Position numbers and translations under genes: made by a program. The notes below the pieces were generated by a model, which did not search any database, was not told where the DNA came from, and saw only the letters and a list, made by a program, of their open reading frames with translations. A stretch of DNA of 64,000 nucleotides from Candidatus Calditenuis fumarioli (GTDB lineage Archaea; Thermoproteota; Nitrososphaeria_A; Caldarchaeales; Calditenuaceae), in NCBI GenBank assembly GCA_030059665.1, contig JANVYR010000001.1, positions 736,001 to 800,000 of the forward strand, written 5' to 3'. Each line of letters opens with the position of its first letter. The stretch's first letter is position 1. Positions 9,832 through 20,911 of the stretch are shown here, one piece after another.

Positions 9832-9957
9832 AGAGTCTCAATGATGCGTATGGACTCGAGGGGATTCAGGATCGCCTTTTCCGTTTCGTGAGACTTTACT
9901 TAGCATAACTGCGTGAACCGTGACTCATGTAGTTCGTTCCTCTCCAGAGGCCTATAT

Positions 9958-10412
9958 TTATGAGGCCGGTTCCGCCCTCAATTCCAGCTCATTAATGTTG
10001 CTTTTTATGACTTGAGGGGCGTTCAAGAACATATTTAAGGTAAACTCCTCACCCCCTCTCCCGAGGCCACGCCTCTATCTCCTCCTCTGTTGGTAACAAT
10101 TCTGGTGGGATCTTGATGCCTGATGCACTCTCATACTTGCTGAGGTCGGCCAAAAAATGGATAACCACCTGCTACGCTGATCGGCTCCTTGTGAACCTTG
10201 CGGAAACCCCACTCCTCAAGGGCCCTTACTTCCCTCTCCCTCCCTTCCTCGGCCTTGGGATTCAAGAACGTATCAAGGATGAACTGCTTATGATATGCCA
10301 TACCCCTTATACCCCTCTACTTCATCAACTGCTCAAGGATGGGTATCGCCTGCATCTCTCCTGTCTGAACCAAAACCTCCTTCAGGAGCTTGATGTGCTC
10401 GGAATCAATCGA
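9958..10412 (-). pseudogene. Fragmented ORF remnants of unknown function
   Basis: Minus-strand frames give protein-like pieces (MAYHKQFILDTFLNPKAEEGREREVRALEEWGFRKV; HFLADLSKYESASGIKIPPELLPTEEEIEAWPRER) broken by stops and frameshifts. Confidence 0.35.
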
Positions 10413-10913
10413 TCGTGATGTTAGCTGTCGTCAGGACTCGGTTCCTGAAGGAACGGTCGAGGTGTTTGCCAGGTTGGTGGGGAAGGAAGGCAAAACCTCC
10501 TCGTGGTGGAGGACTAGGCTGGGGACGAGTACAGACTGGCGAACCGCCTAGTGTATGGAGACGTTAGTGTCTTCTCCCTTAACCCAAGTCGTCTTCAAGA
10601 CGCCTCTCCAGATCAACTTACGGCTACGCATCTACCTAGAGGTTCCAGATAGGTGGGACACGTGGCCTCGGCGCTGGTGAGGCCGCAAGGAAACTCCATT
10701 TACAGATGACTTTGTAGTCTACTCCTACATTATAAAGGAACATGGAAGCTGATAAAAGGTCATCGACCTTAAAACCTCATCAGACATTTTGAATTACTTC
10801 TTAGATTGTATGCGGGAACTAACCATATGATGAACTAGTCGTTTTGAGACTGATTTTAACTGGTTTTAACTGGGTTTGATGTCAGAGTTTGAGGTCGACT
10901 CTCACTTATCGTA

Positions 10914-11882
10914 TTATTCCGCGTCTGACATCATAGATTCTTTAAATTTATTCATACATTCTTCGCAACAGAAATAATATGTCATTCCTCCATGAAGCAG
11001 CACATAAGGGGTGTCTTTGGTCACGAACATCCCACAAACGGGATCACGATAATTTTCTACATTTGTATCGTAATGCCACTTTTTATGTGTTAGCTCATTG
11101 TATCGGGTTTCACCAGGAATATTCCTTATAAGTGATATGACCTCTGCTACTATGCTAACTGCAATTTCCTCCAAATTTGATGCATTTATATCTAGTCCAG
11201 CGGGACATTTGACGATGTTGAGGGTCTCAGGACTGTACCCCTCCCTCTCCAAATATTGTCTTAGAGCTTCCCATCTCCTTCTGCTAGCCACCAATAATAT
11301 ATTTCTAAACCCGTTCTTCAGGGCGAACCGTATCGCGTCCTCGTCATAGCGATTCATAGTTGCGACAATAATGATATCGCCAAGCCTCTTATATTCGCCC
11401 TGTATCTTATTCATTACTTGGTCATATGTTATTTTTGAAACTTTATATCCAATAAAATTGAAAAGCTGCTCTAGTTTGCTGGTCAGCTCGTTCTCACCCG
11501 CTATCGTCACCACTGCAGGCTTAATCGGTTCTAAGAGGAAGATCGCTCCGCCCGAACTAATACAGTAATTGACATGAACTGATGTATCAAGCTGAGGCTT
11601 CTCGGTGCCCGCTATAATAGACCTTGAGCGTTGATTGGGGCCAAAAAACACCAGCCTGCTACGCCCCGATTCTAAGCATTTTACGGCCTCGCTAGCTAGC
11701 CATTCGACGATGCAAGGCCCTCCCAGCCAGCCCTCAATCTCCCCGGTGGGGTGCACTATGGCCTTTGTGCCGGGCTCTACGCTTATGAAGGGCGAGGTTT
11801 CGAGCACGGTCACGAGCACGAAACTCCGTCCTTCCTTGATGAGTTCGGTCGCCCTCTGTAAGATTTGCTCCATCAAAGTCAT
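10914..11882 (-). CDS. coxF: XdhC/CoxF-family molybdo-hydroxylase maturation factor with C-terminal YHS (TRASH) domain
   Basis: GWLGGPCI, VKCPAGLDINASNLEEIAVSIVAEVI (XdhC) and C-terminal DPVCGMFV...YYFCCEECMNKF (YHS). ATG overlaps the coxL stop. Confidence 0.82.
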   Translation of the reverse strand: MTLMEQILQRATELIKEGRSFVLVTVLETSPFISVEPGTKAIVHPTGEIEGWLGGPCIVEWLASEAVKCLESGRSRLVFFGPNQRSRSIIAGTEKPQLDTSVHVNYCISSGGAIFLLEPIKPAVVTIAGENELTSKLEQLFNFIGYKVSKITYDQVMNKIQGEYKRLGDIIIVATMNRYDEDAIRFALKNGFRNILLVASRRRWEALRQYLEREGYSPETLNIVKCPAGLDINASNLEEIAVSIVAEVISLIRNIPGETRYNELTHKKWHYDTNVENYRDPVCGMFVTKDTPYVLLHGGMTYYFCCEECMNKFKESMMSDAE

Positions 11883-14221
11883 AGCTCTGAAACCACGCCC
11901 TTTTCCTTCAAGATGCTGTAGACGCGCCACGGATATAGAGGCATCCCTATCTTGGTCACGCCTAAGTGGCTCAACGCGTCTACTACTGCGTTCTCAAAGG
12001 CTGCTGGTGATCCGACAGTTGGTGATTCGGCCACACCCTTTGCTCCCAACGGATGGTGGGGCGATGGTGTCACAGTGCGGTACGTCTCCCACCGAGGCGT
12101 CTCCACTGCCGTAGGTATAAGGTAGTCCATGAAGGTGTTGCCATAGATGTTTCCCTGCTCATCGTACCTTATCTCTTCTAGGAAGGCAGTCCCGAAGCCC
12201 ATGGTCAGAGCACCATGAATTTGTCCCTCCACGATCATGGGATTGATGACGTTGCCGCAGTCGTCCACAGCCACGAACCGTCTGACTTTCACCTCTCCTG
12301 TACCTCTGTCTATATCTACGACGCAGATATAAGCGCCAAATGGGAACGTCATATTTGGAGGATCATAATAGGTTACCGCTTCCAGACCCGGCTCTAGACC
12401 AGGCGGAGGATTGGTGTAGGCCGCGAAAGCCACGTCCTGTATCGTCACGGATTTCTCGGGAGCCTCCTTCACGTAGAAGCGGCCCTTCTCGAAGACTATG
12501 TCCTCCTCCCTTACCTCGAGGAGGTGGGCCGCTATCTTTTTGGCCTTAGCAATAATTTTATCAGCAGTCACCGCCGCTGCAGCCCCAGCAGTTGGTGTGC
12601 TCCTGCTAGCGTAAGTTCCTAGACCGTAGGGTGCTGTGTCGGTATCACCCTCCTCTACTGTAATGTCCTCCTCGGGTATACCTAATTTCTCTGCTAGAAT
12701 CTGCGCGAACGTCGTCTCGTGACCCTGACCCTGTGACTTGGTCCCGAACCGAGCTATGACCTTGCCAGTCGGGTGAATCCTCACCTCGCAGCTTTCGAAC
12801 ATTTTTATACCGAGAATGTCGAAGATCTTCGAGGGGCCAGCCCCTACAATCTCGACGAATGTGCTTATGCCTATTCCCATCAATTCTCCCCGCTTTCTCT
12901 TCTCCTCTTGCTCTTTTCTAAGCTGCTCATAGTCAATTTTCTCCATTGCAAGCCGCAGAGCTCTCTCGTAGTCTCCGCTGTCATATTCCCATCCGAATAC
13001 ACTGGTATATGGGAATTCCTCCTTCTTGATGAAATTCTTCAGCCTCAGCTCCGCTGGATCCATACCCAATTTGTGGGCCAAAATGTCAATCATCCGCTCG
13101 ATGACGTAGGCTGCTTCCGTTACCCTGAACGAGCACCTATACGCTATGCCACCTGGTGGTTTGTTCGTATGGACACCTGTGACCTCTACATAACCAGCCT
13201 TCCACTTGTAACAACCCGAGACTATGGTGAACAGCCCGAACGGGAACTTGGATGGTGTGGCGTCGCCAAAGAATGCTCCGTGATCGCTTAGCACGCTCAT
13301 CCTTAATGCTAGAAGGGTTCCGTCCTTTTTCGCAGCGACCTCAGCAGTGATGTAAGCGTCCCTTGCAAAGGCAGTGCTGCTTAGGTTCTCGGTTCGCGTC
13401 TCGATCCACTTCACAGGCCTCTCAGTCATGATGGAGGCAAAGGCTGCAACAACGTAACCAGGGTATACGTAGACTTTGCCGCCGAACCCTCCTCCAATGT
13501 CTGGAGCTATTATTCTAATTTTATGTTCAGGGATCTTCGTGAACAGTGAGGCAACTGTCCTGACAGCATGAGGTGCCTGGGTTGTCATCCAAAGCGTGAG
13601 TTTCCCTGTAGGCGGATCGTAATGAGCCACGCAACCACATGTTTCCATATGAGCGACGTGTATCCTATGATAGTAGAAGTTCTCTTTCACAATCACGTCT
13701 GCTTCTTGGAAATACCTATCTGTGAGGTCCTTATCTCCAGCAGACCACGTAAATATCTTGTTAGTTCCCTTGTCCGGCCTGACGAGTGGAGCATCTGGCT
13801 CCAAGGCCCTTTGCGGTGTCATAACAGGTTCTAGAGGCTCGTATTCAACCTCGACTAGTTCGGCAGCATCCTCTGCTATATAGCGGTCTTCGGCGACTAC
13901 CGCAGCAACCTCTTGATATGGATAATACACTTTGTCTAATGCTAGAACCGGTTGGCGATCATTCATTAAGGTAGGCATCATGCTTAGTCCTGCGGCCTGC
14001 AAGTCCTTTCCAGTTATTACCGCAACAACTCCGGGTACCTTTAATGCCCTCTCGACGTCAATCCTTTTGATCTTAGCATGTGCGTATGGACTCCTGATCA
14101 GCTTGACGTGGAGCATGTTGGGGAGCTTGATGTCGTCCACATATGTCCCCTTACCTCTGATGAAACGCGCGTCCTCCTTCCTCTTTAATGGGTGGCCCAT
14201 CCCATGGATTGTGGCTGTCAT
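11879..14221 (-). CDS. coxL: Aerobic carbon monoxide dehydrogenase large subunit, form I
   Basis: Form I active-site motif AYRCSFR; [30 protein letters not shown]. Confidence 0.95.
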   Translation of the reverse strand: MTATIHGMGHPLKRKEDARFIRGKGTYVDDIKLPNMLHVKLIRSPYAHAKIKRIDVERALKVPGVVAVITGKDLQAAGLSMMPTLMNDRQPVLALDKVYYPYQEVAAVVAEDRYIAEDAAELVEVEYEPLEPVMTPQRALEPDAPLVRPDKGTNKIFTWSAGDKDLTDRYFQEADVIVKENFYYHRIHVAHMETCGCVAHYDPPTGKLTLWMTTQAPHAVRTVASLFTKIPEHKIRIIAPDIGGGFGGKVYVYPGYVVAAFASIMTERPVKWIETRTENLSSTAFARDAYITAEVAAKKDGTLLALRMSVLSDHGAFFGDATPSKFPFGLFTIVSGCYKWKAGYVEVTGVHTNKPPGGIAYRCSFRVTEAAYVIERMIDILAHKLGMDPAELRLKNFIKKEEFPYTSVFGWEYDSGDYERALRLAMEKIDYEQLRKEQEEKRKRGELMGIGISTFVEIVGAGPSKIFDILGIKMFESCEVRIHPTGKVIARFGTKSQGQGHETTFAQILAEKLGIPEEDITVEEGDTDTAPYGLGTYASRSTPTAGAAAAVTADKIIAKAKKIAAHLLEVREEDIVFEKGRFYVKEAPEKSVTIQDVAFAAYTNPPPGLEPGLEAVTYYDPPNMTFPFGAYICVVDIDRGTGEVKVRRFVAVDDCGNVINPMIVEGQIHGALTMGFGTAFLEEIRYDEQGNIYGNTFMDYLIPTAVETPRWETYRTVTPSPHHPLGAKGVAESPTVGSPAAFENAVVDALSHLGVTKIGMPLYPWRVYSILKEKGVVSEL

Positions 14222-14745
14222 CTCCTCACCACCAATTCGAGGGAACGAACTCCCATCCGATTGAGCTTTTCGGCGGCGTACTGTATAGCTTCGACGATCT
14301 TGACGTAGCCTGTGCACCTGCAGAGATTCCCTGCGATCATCTGCCTTATCTCGTCTTCGGTAGGCATTGGATTTTGATGTAGTAGCCAAGCAGATTGCAT
14401 CAACAGTCCAGGCGTACAGTACCCACACTGAAGACCGTGTTTCTCCCAAAAGCCTTCTTGAACCGGATGTAGCCTACCATCCCTTTCAAGCCCTTCGACT
14501 GTGTATATCTCTGATCCATCGAGCTGCACCGCGAAGAGGGTACAACTCTTGACGGTTACGAAATCCTCGGACCACGGGAATCTCACTAGGATCGTGCATG
14601 CGCCACAGTTAGATGTGTCGCAGCCTATGTGCGTGCCTGTCAAGTTCAGCAGCTCCCTGATCATGTGTACCGCCAATAGCCGCGACTCGACGTCTAGTTC
14701 CTTCTTTACTCCGTTTACAACCACACTTATCTTATGTCTTCCCAT
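14218..14745 (-). CDS. coxS: Aerobic CO dehydrogenase small (2Fe-2S) subunit
   Basis: [27 protein letters not shown]. Confidence 0.95.
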   Translation of the reverse strand: MGRHKISVVVNGVKKELDVESRLLAVHMIRELLNLTGTHIGCDTSNCGACTILVRFPWSEDFVTVKSCTLFAVQLDGSEIYTVEGLERDGRLHPVQEGFWEKHGLQCGYCTPGLLMQSAWLLHQNPMPTEDEIRQMIAGNLCRCTGYVKIVEAIQYAAEKLNRMGVRSLELVVRR

Positions 14746-14752
14746 CTTTACA

Positions 14753-15622
14753 TCACCTAACCAATCTCTCGTAGACCGTTTTGATGCCTCTGAGGAGGAG
14801 CACTCTCATTACGTCTCTCTTGTACCAGTCCGGGCCCCTTAAGTCGGAGACGGGATTGACCTTCATTTTGTCAAACGCATTCTTAGCCGAGGTCAGCAAG
14901 TTCTCTAAGCCCCTTTTATCGATTATCGATTCCTCTATTTCCTCCGCAGGCAGAGGTGTAGGTCCCGCGTTTGTGAAAGCCACTCCTGCACGCGTGACCC
15001 TATTATCATCATCAACGGTCAGTTGGACCGCCACCGCCGCTATCGCGTAATCGCCCGTGCGCCTCTCAAACTTCAGGTATGTCCCTCCCGAGTATCCGTC
15101 CCAATGTGGGACGTTCACCTCCACGAGCACCTCGTCTGGTCGCAATTCTGTTGTAAAGGGTCCCTTGTAGAAGTCCTTTGCCGGAATCTCCCGTGTGCCC
15201 CTCTTGCTCTTCACAACATATTTTGATTTCAGACTGATGAAAACTGCCGGTAAATCATTGCCTGGATCGCCGTGGGCTGCGTTACCTCCGACGGTGCCCA
15301 TGTTTCTCACTTGAGGGTCTGCGACCTGTCTAGAGGCCGCGCGCAGAATGTCATATTGGGATGGGAACTTAGTTCGTTCCAATTGCGCAATTCTTACCAA
15401 TGCACCGATCTTTAATGAACCGTCTTCCATGTTCATGTAATTTAGGCCTTTGACCCGATTGATGTCAACGACCAGTGCAGGCCGGGCAATCCTCAGCTTC
15501 ATTAAGGGTATCAAGCTCTGTCCCCCGGCCAGTATCTTGGCCTCTTCGCCCCTCTCATCTAGTAACTTTAGGACGTCATCTAAAGAGTTTGCAGGAATGT
15601 ATTCGAATTGTGGTGGGTACAT
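14753..15622 (-). CDS. coxM: Aerobic CO dehydrogenase medium (FAD) subunit
   Basis: [28 protein letters not shown]. Confidence 0.95.
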   Translation of the reverse strand: MYPPQFEYIPANSLDDVLKLLDERGEEAKILAGGQSLIPLMKLRIARPALVVDINRVKGLNYMNMEDGSLKIGALVRIAQLERTKFPSQYDILRAASRQVADPQVRNMGTVGGNAAHGDPGNDLPAVFISLKSKYVVKSKRGTREIPAKDFYKGPFTTELRPDEVLVEVNVPHWDGYSGGTYLKFERRTGDYAIAAVAVQLTVDDDNRVTRAGVAFTNAGPTPLPAEEIEESIIDKRGLENLLTSAKNAFDKMKVNPVSDLRGPDWYKRDVMRVLLLRGIKTVYERLVR

Positions 15623-15699
15623 TTCGACACCTTACCCCAATACCTTCTATTAAACCTATCCTTACACATGCCGCGCGATTTGATTACAGTTGGCTGATC

Positions 15700-16000
15700 A
15701 CCTATGAGGGCTTGAAACTCGTCCTCGACGTGCACATGGACCGCAAGTTCCTCGACCATCCCATTGGACTCCAGCTCCCACTAGTCCTCGGCCGTGGGGA
15801 ACCCGACGAGGGCGAAGACTAGCTCCGTCCTGCCGTCCTCCGGAATGATGTGGACGCCAGCGCACGTGGTGACGAGCCCTGATTGAGGAGAGCGTGGGGT
15901 TGGACCACGCTGGTAGGCCGTGGTCGCCGCCGATGACCAGCAGGTCGCACTCGCGGTCCACGAGTTCCGCGATGGTCGTCCGGTTCTTCGCCACGCGTTA
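15700..16000 (-). pseudogene. Frameshifted ORF remnant
   Basis: Overlapping frames MAKNRTTIAELVDRECDLLVIGGDHGLP and GVHIIPEDGRTELVFALVGFPTAED look like pieces of one broken gene. Confidence 0.3.
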
Positions 16001-16339
16001 CCATCATCTACCTCCGTGGAACGATCGTTAATCAGGGGAATCATTAGCGTGATCTTCGTGTCCGCCGAGGCGGCGAAGCTCCTAGGCCTAATCGAGTTTT
16101 CGGCGCGAAGTCGCAGGCAATGGAGGCAACCTAGACTCTCCAGCGGTGCGGATCTAGCCGAGCATGATCCGCGTCGCCCTTGAACTAACTAGCCATGAGT
16201 TCTACGAGCCGGGTTGCCACCTCCTCGGAAAGTCCGAATGACAGCCAGAGGTCACAGAAGAGAAAAGTGCTGTGCCAGAAACCAAGAGAAGGCGTTCCAG
16301 ACTGGCTTCCGTTATTTCCAAGATGTCTGAGGTTGTCGT

Positions 16340-16699
16340 TCACCTCCTGAGAGTCTTACCGTGAACGATCTTGGCCATCAAAGTAATGACTCCCGCGACG
16401 AGGGCCATCACGAAATCTGTTGTGAACAGGACCTCAGAAGGCGCTCTGATGAGTACCTCATTGTTGCCGACCCTAAGGACGTAATTTAGCGCGAACGCTC
16501 CGGCTGTCGGGACGCTCAGCCCCATAGGCCTGACGACCTGAGTCCCTGCAATTATTCCCACGAGGAAGACCAGCGGTACCGTGAGCCCCCTCAGGCTCAT
16601 CAACGACCCGGACCACTTCTTCCCGGCAAAAATCGACCCGATTAGGGTCGTCGAGGCCGCGAGCAGCAGGAAAAGGAAGAGAAGGGCCCGCGGCTTCAT
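16340..16699 (-). CDS. Small membrane protein (about three TM segments), unknown function
   Basis: MKPRALLFLFLLLAAS...; 119 aa with hydrophobic segments; lies downstream of the ATPase gene in the same orientation. Confidence 0.6.
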   Translation of the reverse strand: MKPRALLFLFLLLAASTTLIGSIFAGKKWSGSLMSLRGLTVPLVFLVGIIAGTQVVRPMGLSVPTAGAFALNYVLRVGNNEVLIRAPSEVLFTTDFVMALVAGVITLMAKIVHGKTLRR

Positions 16700-16709
16700 G
16701 GAAGCCCAC

Positions 16710-17270
16710 CTCACGTGACCTGCCGGCCGACCTCCGCGGCGCGCTTCGCCTCGAACGGCACGAAGGTCAGAACGGCCCTCGCCCACAAGGGGTCCCCGAT
16801 CTCGGCGAACCTCTGTCCCCTCCCTCTCCGCCTTCAGCACGGCCTTCCGGACCGTTTTCACGGAGAGGTCCACGTTTCAACCGCCCACTCCTGCGCCCCT
16901 CTGTCCATCCCAGGACCTCGAGCATCCAGCTCCTCAGGTCCTCCTCGCTCTCTATCTGCTCGGTGGAGAGCTGGCCCAGTATATGCCCGCCGAGCGTCAG
17001 CCCCAGGGTCAGACCCTTCCCCCACGAGGGCCGTAGCGTTGACCTGCAAAGGCAGATCCGACTATCCCTCCATCACTGTCCTGTCCGCGGCCTCGGAAAG
17101 GGAGACCCCTGTCTTGACGTATCCCAAATCAGATCAAAGCAACTCTGATGCTATCGACTGGACGGTCCTGCGACCGTCTGTCTTGATCCAGTAACAAAGA
17201 CCATGTTGCAGACGTCTGCATTCACTTTCCTCTCATCGCCCTGAGATGGGGAGTGAGGCTATCACATTTA
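16710..17270 (-). pseudogene. Degenerate gene between the ATPase and the small membrane protein
   Basis: Protein-like fragments in different frames (GHILGQLSTEQIESEEDLRSWMLEVLGW; FAEIGDPLWARAVLTFVPFEAKRAAEVGRQVT*). Confidence 0.35.
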
Positions 17271-17284
17271 ATCCTCGTGGCACT

Positions 17285-19201
17285 TCATGGTTGAAGCCCG
17301 CATCGTTGCAGACGACCCTCATCTACACGCTCGGTCCCCGCGCGCCAGACCACCTTTACCGCCCTTCCTGTCCTAGGCGTCGTAACGACGGCCTCTTCCC
17401 ATCCTAGCGTAGCCAATGCATCCCTCTGCGCGTCGTTTAGCATCATCCTCTCCGAGACGACCTCCAGATCGTCGGCACCCGTCAGCCTCTTGCAGATCAC
17501 CGTCCCAGGAAGGGAGACGGCGTCGTCGGATATCCTCGACGGCCTCTGGTCTACTATCCAGACCGACTCTCCGAACTTCCTCACCTCCCTGAGCATCTGC
17601 TCTACGATAGTAGTCCTCCCGGTCTCGGTCCTGGGGAGCAGGTTGTGCGCCTCCTCGCAGACGACGACGTGGATCTTGCTTCCCCTGCCCGACCTCCTCC
17701 TCTGCTCGAAGATCGCCTTGAGAACCAGCCAAGAGACGACGTTCCTCTCCCGCTCAGAGCTGAGGGACGAAAGGTCTATCACCGCGTCCTCCGTAAGCAG
17801 CTCGCCGATGCCGATTGCACCTTCCCCTCCTTCTATGAACCTCGATGCACTTCCGTCCGCAAGCTCGGAGATCCTAGAATAAAGCGAGAAGAGCGCGTCC
17901 CTTGCCCTCCTCGAGTCCAGGAATCCCCTGATCAGTTCTGAACCGCTTCCCTCGAGGTACCGGACGAAGAGCGATGGCCTGAAGTCTTTGAACTCGGCCC
18001 TGAACCTCCTGTATGCTGTCCTGAAGACGGCCGACTGGAGCGGGCCGAACTCCTCGGGCCAGGCCATGGAGAATATGTCCGAAAGGAACACCGACTCCTC
18101 TTCAGGATCTGACTCAGCGGTAAGGAGCTTTAGACCCTCCACATCGCCTCCGGGCCCCACGACCACGTCGGCATTCTCCCTGTACTCTCCGTGCCTGTCC
18201 AGAACGAGGTACCTGATCCCGAGCGACCTGAGCCTCGTCAACAGGGCCTTGACCAGGGAGGTCTTGCCCGATCCGGGGGAGCCGAAGACCGCCAGGGAGT
18301 GAGGGAGGTGCTCGATGGGCACTGAGACCGGAACCCTTCCACCTGGTCCGTGAGAGAACCCTATCAGGAGACCTCTGCCTCCGGCCTCGCCCCTCATCGG
18401 ACGGTGGAAGACCTCTCTTCTGACCACGGCATAGCTCAGGGATGGCGAGAGAACAGGACCCGTCCTGAGGAGCACAGCTAGCTCTTTGGTGGTCAGGTAA
18501 TGCTCCCTGGGCCTTCTGGACCTCTCCAGCTCCGCCATCAGATAGGATCGGGCCAGAGGCTTCAGAACCCTCACGGCGGGGCCGTCGTGAGCTAGGACCT
18601 CGACAGATACGGCCCAGCCCTCCTCGAGCAGCTCGCTGGCCCTCCAGAGCTCCCTCCTCATCCTCTCCATCCTAGGGAGAAGCTCGGGCCTGACCTCCTC
18701 CCTTCCCTCGGACCTCCCTCCTTCCCTCTCGGTCACGATGGACCTGATGGAAGCCTCTGCTTTGCTGAGGTCCTCGGAGACCTCCCTGAGATGAGCCGAG
18801 ATCCTGAACCTGTCCAGGAATCCCCTGGCCGGCCTGGCGGAGATCACCAGGTCGTACTCGAGTCCGGCGGAGGACGTGGTCCTGAGGAAACCCTCTACGT
18901 CAGCCGAATGCTGCCACCCGTCGAGGAGGCGCTTAATTCCGAGTGACGTGCGGTCAGCGTCACCGAGCTGGAACGTCCCTCCAGGGCTGCATGCTCCGGT
19001 CATGGACCGCAGCAGCCTCACCACATCCCCCGGTTCCATGCCCTCTATACCGATCAGCAGGGAGAAGTTCGCCTTCCTGACCGAGTAGACCGTGACGAGC
19101 TTCCTGTTCATGGCCCAGCACGCCCTAAGTATCCTAGACCTCTCCTCGGTCGAGAGCTCGGGCAAAGAGACCGAGACGAGCTCAGGGACCGAGATATGCA
19201 A
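17285..19201 (-). CDS. HerA/VirB4/FtsK-like (DUF87-type) P-loop ATPase with long N-terminal extension
   Basis: Walker A GSPGSGKT, LDRHGEY, Walker B VCEEAHN, MLREVRKFG, VDQRPS. Confidence 0.85.
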   Translation of the reverse strand: MHISVPELVSVSLPELSTEERSRILRACWAMNRKLVTVYSVRKANFSLLIGIEGMEPGDVVRLLRSMTGACSPGGTFQLGDADRTSLGIKRLLDGWQHSADVEGFLRTTSSAGLEYDLVISARPARGFLDRFRISAHLREVSEDLSKAEASIRSIVTEREGGRSEGREEVRPELLPRMERMRRELWRASELLEEGWAVSVEVLAHDGPAVRVLKPLARSYLMAELERSRRPREHYLTTKELAVLLRTGPVLSPSLSYAVVRREVFHRPMRGEAGGRGLLIGFSHGPGGRVPVSVPIEHLPHSLAVFGSPGSGKTSLVKALLTRLRSLGIRYLVLDRHGEYRENADVVVGPGGDVEGLKLLTAESDPEEESVFLSDIFSMAWPEEFGPLQSAVFRTAYRRFRAEFKDFRPSLFVRYLEGSGSELIRGFLDSRRARDALFSLYSRISELADGSASRFIEGGEGAIGIGELLTEDAVIDLSSLSSERERNVVSWLVLKAIFEQRRRSGRGSKIHVVVCEEAHNLLPRTETGRTTIVEQMLREVRKFGESVWIVDQRPSRISDDAVSLPGTVICKRLTGADDLEVVSERMMLNDAQRDALATLGWEEAVVTTPRTGRAVKVVWRAGTERVDEGRLQRCGLQP

Positions 19202-19817
19202 CCAATCTCGCCCTCCTGCCGTTCAGGCTGACCAGCTCCTCGGCGACCAGGCCCTCCTCCTCGAGCTCCCTCACCCACTTCCTGACCGTCGGCAGCGAGA
19301 GGCCTGCAACCCTAGCCAGCTCGGACTTCGTCACGCTTCCCCTCTCCCTCAGGACCCGGAGTATCCTGTCCCTGGGGCCCTCGATGGCGTCAGTCCTCGA
19401 ATGGACGTAGTTCAGGCCTCCGTCGGTCCAGAGATCCTTTCCCCCTGATGGCGTTACCGCCTCTTCCCGGCCCATCAGTCCTGAGATGGCGCCTGCGGCC
19501 ATACGCGCTAAAGCGAGGGGGCCGATGCCGGCGAACCTCCGGAGGAGCGCCAGGGCGGTAGCCGCTATAGCAGCAGCGCCCACCATGGGGTTCTCCACGG
19601 AGAGGACCGCGGCCGAGAGGGTCGCCGTGACCAGGAGACCGGTCTTAAGGACCCTCAGACTCCCGGTCAGGAGAGCTGAGAGCAGGGTGAGATAGAGTCC
19701 CATCGAGAGGACCAGGGATGAGGTCCCCATCCACTCGGTGATGCCGTAGACCGCGATGGCCGGGATCGCCGGCGCGAGCAGCTTGACCGTTGCCGAGCCG
19801 GTGCCCATCCAGGTCAA
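19182..19817 (-). CDS. Membrane protein with C-terminal winged HTH
   Basis: About four hydrophobic helices, then RDRILRVLRERGSVTKSELARVAGLSLPTVRKWVRELEEEGLV; overlaps the ATPase start by 20 nt. Confidence 0.72.
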   Translation of the reverse strand: MTWMGTGSATVKLLAPAIPAIAVYGITEWMGTSSLVLSMGLYLTLLSALLTGSLRVLKTGLLVTATLSAAVLSVENPMVGAAAIAATALALLRRFAGIGPLALARMAAGAISGLMGREEAVTPSGGKDLWTDGGLNYVHSRTDAIEGPRDRILRVLRERGSVTKSELARVAGLSLPTVRKWVRELEEEGLVAEELVSLNGRRARLVAYLGP

Positions 19818-19979
19818 CGGAGGACGTACCCGCTTATCCGAATGCGACCCGAAACGGAATTTCTGGGCTTCTCCAGGCGGGGGAGGGGCTGGACCCCGGA
19901 CCGGGTTGATGGGAAAGGAAGGATGATAACTCGGTCTTAGCTGGGTCAGACCGGAGACGGGAGCGTCGGTGAGCGGAAC

Positions 19980-20693
19980 TTGTGTGACGATCCATACGAG
20001 GAGTACGGGTTGGACGCTCTGGGCGGGCTCCTCGTCCTGCTGATACTGCTCCTTGCGATATTGGTCCTCATCGATGCCATAGTGAAGGAGATCACAAAGC
20101 TCCTCATGAGCGTGAAGGCGATGCTGGACGCTCTGGTCGCGACGCTCATCTCGGCCTTTATGGTGGTGGTTATCGGGGCGCTTAACGCATTCGTCTATTT
20201 ACTCGTCGCCGTTGCAACCCTGATACTCGGCGTTCAGCTGTACAAGCGCTCCGACAAAATAATCGGGGCGCTCTCGTCCTTAGCACGCTGGATAGCGGGC
20301 CATATACATTACCGGATGATCGAGCCCCTCCTCGCGATCAGGGAGCTCAGGAGTACGCTGGATAGGATGTCCGGTGACACTTCCTGTCTGATGGTTCTCA
20401 TGGAGCTCTTAAATGGTCCGGCTGGAAGCATCAGCGAGCTCGGTGAAAGGGTCGGTAAAAGGGCCCTCAGCACCGTTCACACCCACATACGGCACCTGGT
20501 GGATTGTGGTCTGGTGGAGAGGGTCGAAGAGAGGATAACGGGCAGGAGGGGCTCTTCGGCCGAGGTCAGGGTGGGGCTGGCGAGGAGGTTCGACAGATGG
20601 ACCGCGAGGCTCTACCTCAGATGGAGGATAGGAAGGCTGCTGAAAGCCGGTGAAAGGGTTGCTGAAAGGCAAGGTTTGAGTAGCTTTCACTGA
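19980..20693 (+). CDS. Membrane-anchored ArsR-like winged-HTH protein
   Basis: Hydrophobic N-terminal half; C-terminal LMELLNGPAGSISELGERVGKRALSTVHTHIRHLVDCGLVER. Confidence 0.68.
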   Translation: MCDDPYEEYGLDALGGLLVLLILLLAILVLIDAIVKEITKLLMSVKAMLDALVATLISAFMVVVIGALNAFVYLLVAVATLILGVQLYKRSDKIIGALSSLARWIAGHIHYRMIEPLLAIRELRSTLDRMSGDTSCLMVLMELLNGPAGSISELGERVGKRALSTVHTHIRHLVDCGLVERVEERITGRRGSSAEVRVGLARRFDRWTARLYLRWRIGRLLKAGERVAERQGLSSFH

Positions 20694-20911
20694 CAGCTGA
20701 TTAGCGAGGAAGGCTGTACGGCCGCCAACGGTCGGATGGGATATAGTGGTACCTTGGTGAGAGAATGAGTGATGGGAAGTTTCAGGACCCCGGGGTTGAC
20801 CCGGAAGCGGTCGCGGCCCCGGGCCCGGGGGATAAGGCCGCGCCCCCTGATGGCGTTTTTGGGCGAAGCGCCCCCATCGGGGAATCTCTCGGGAGGGGAG
20901 GGGTTGAGAGA

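Noticed and set aside
10440-10740. IS200/IS605 TnpB 3' remnant or omega-RNA
   Set aside because: No RuvC or zinc-finger motifs and no typical end hairpin could be confirmed.
10827-10885. C/D box sRNA (ATGATGA...CTGA)
   Set aside because: The box spacing is too short and there is no terminal D box.
16220-16250. RNase P RNA (GGAAAGTCC)
   Set aside because: Only the short 5' P4-like string matches; the complementary 3' conserved region is absent.
20765-20911. N-terminal extension of the IS110-like ORF
   Set aside because: The segment is Gly/Pro/Ala-rich and coincides with strong hairpins; a TTG with an RBS at 20912 fits the DEDD domain start better, so it is treated as non-coding.
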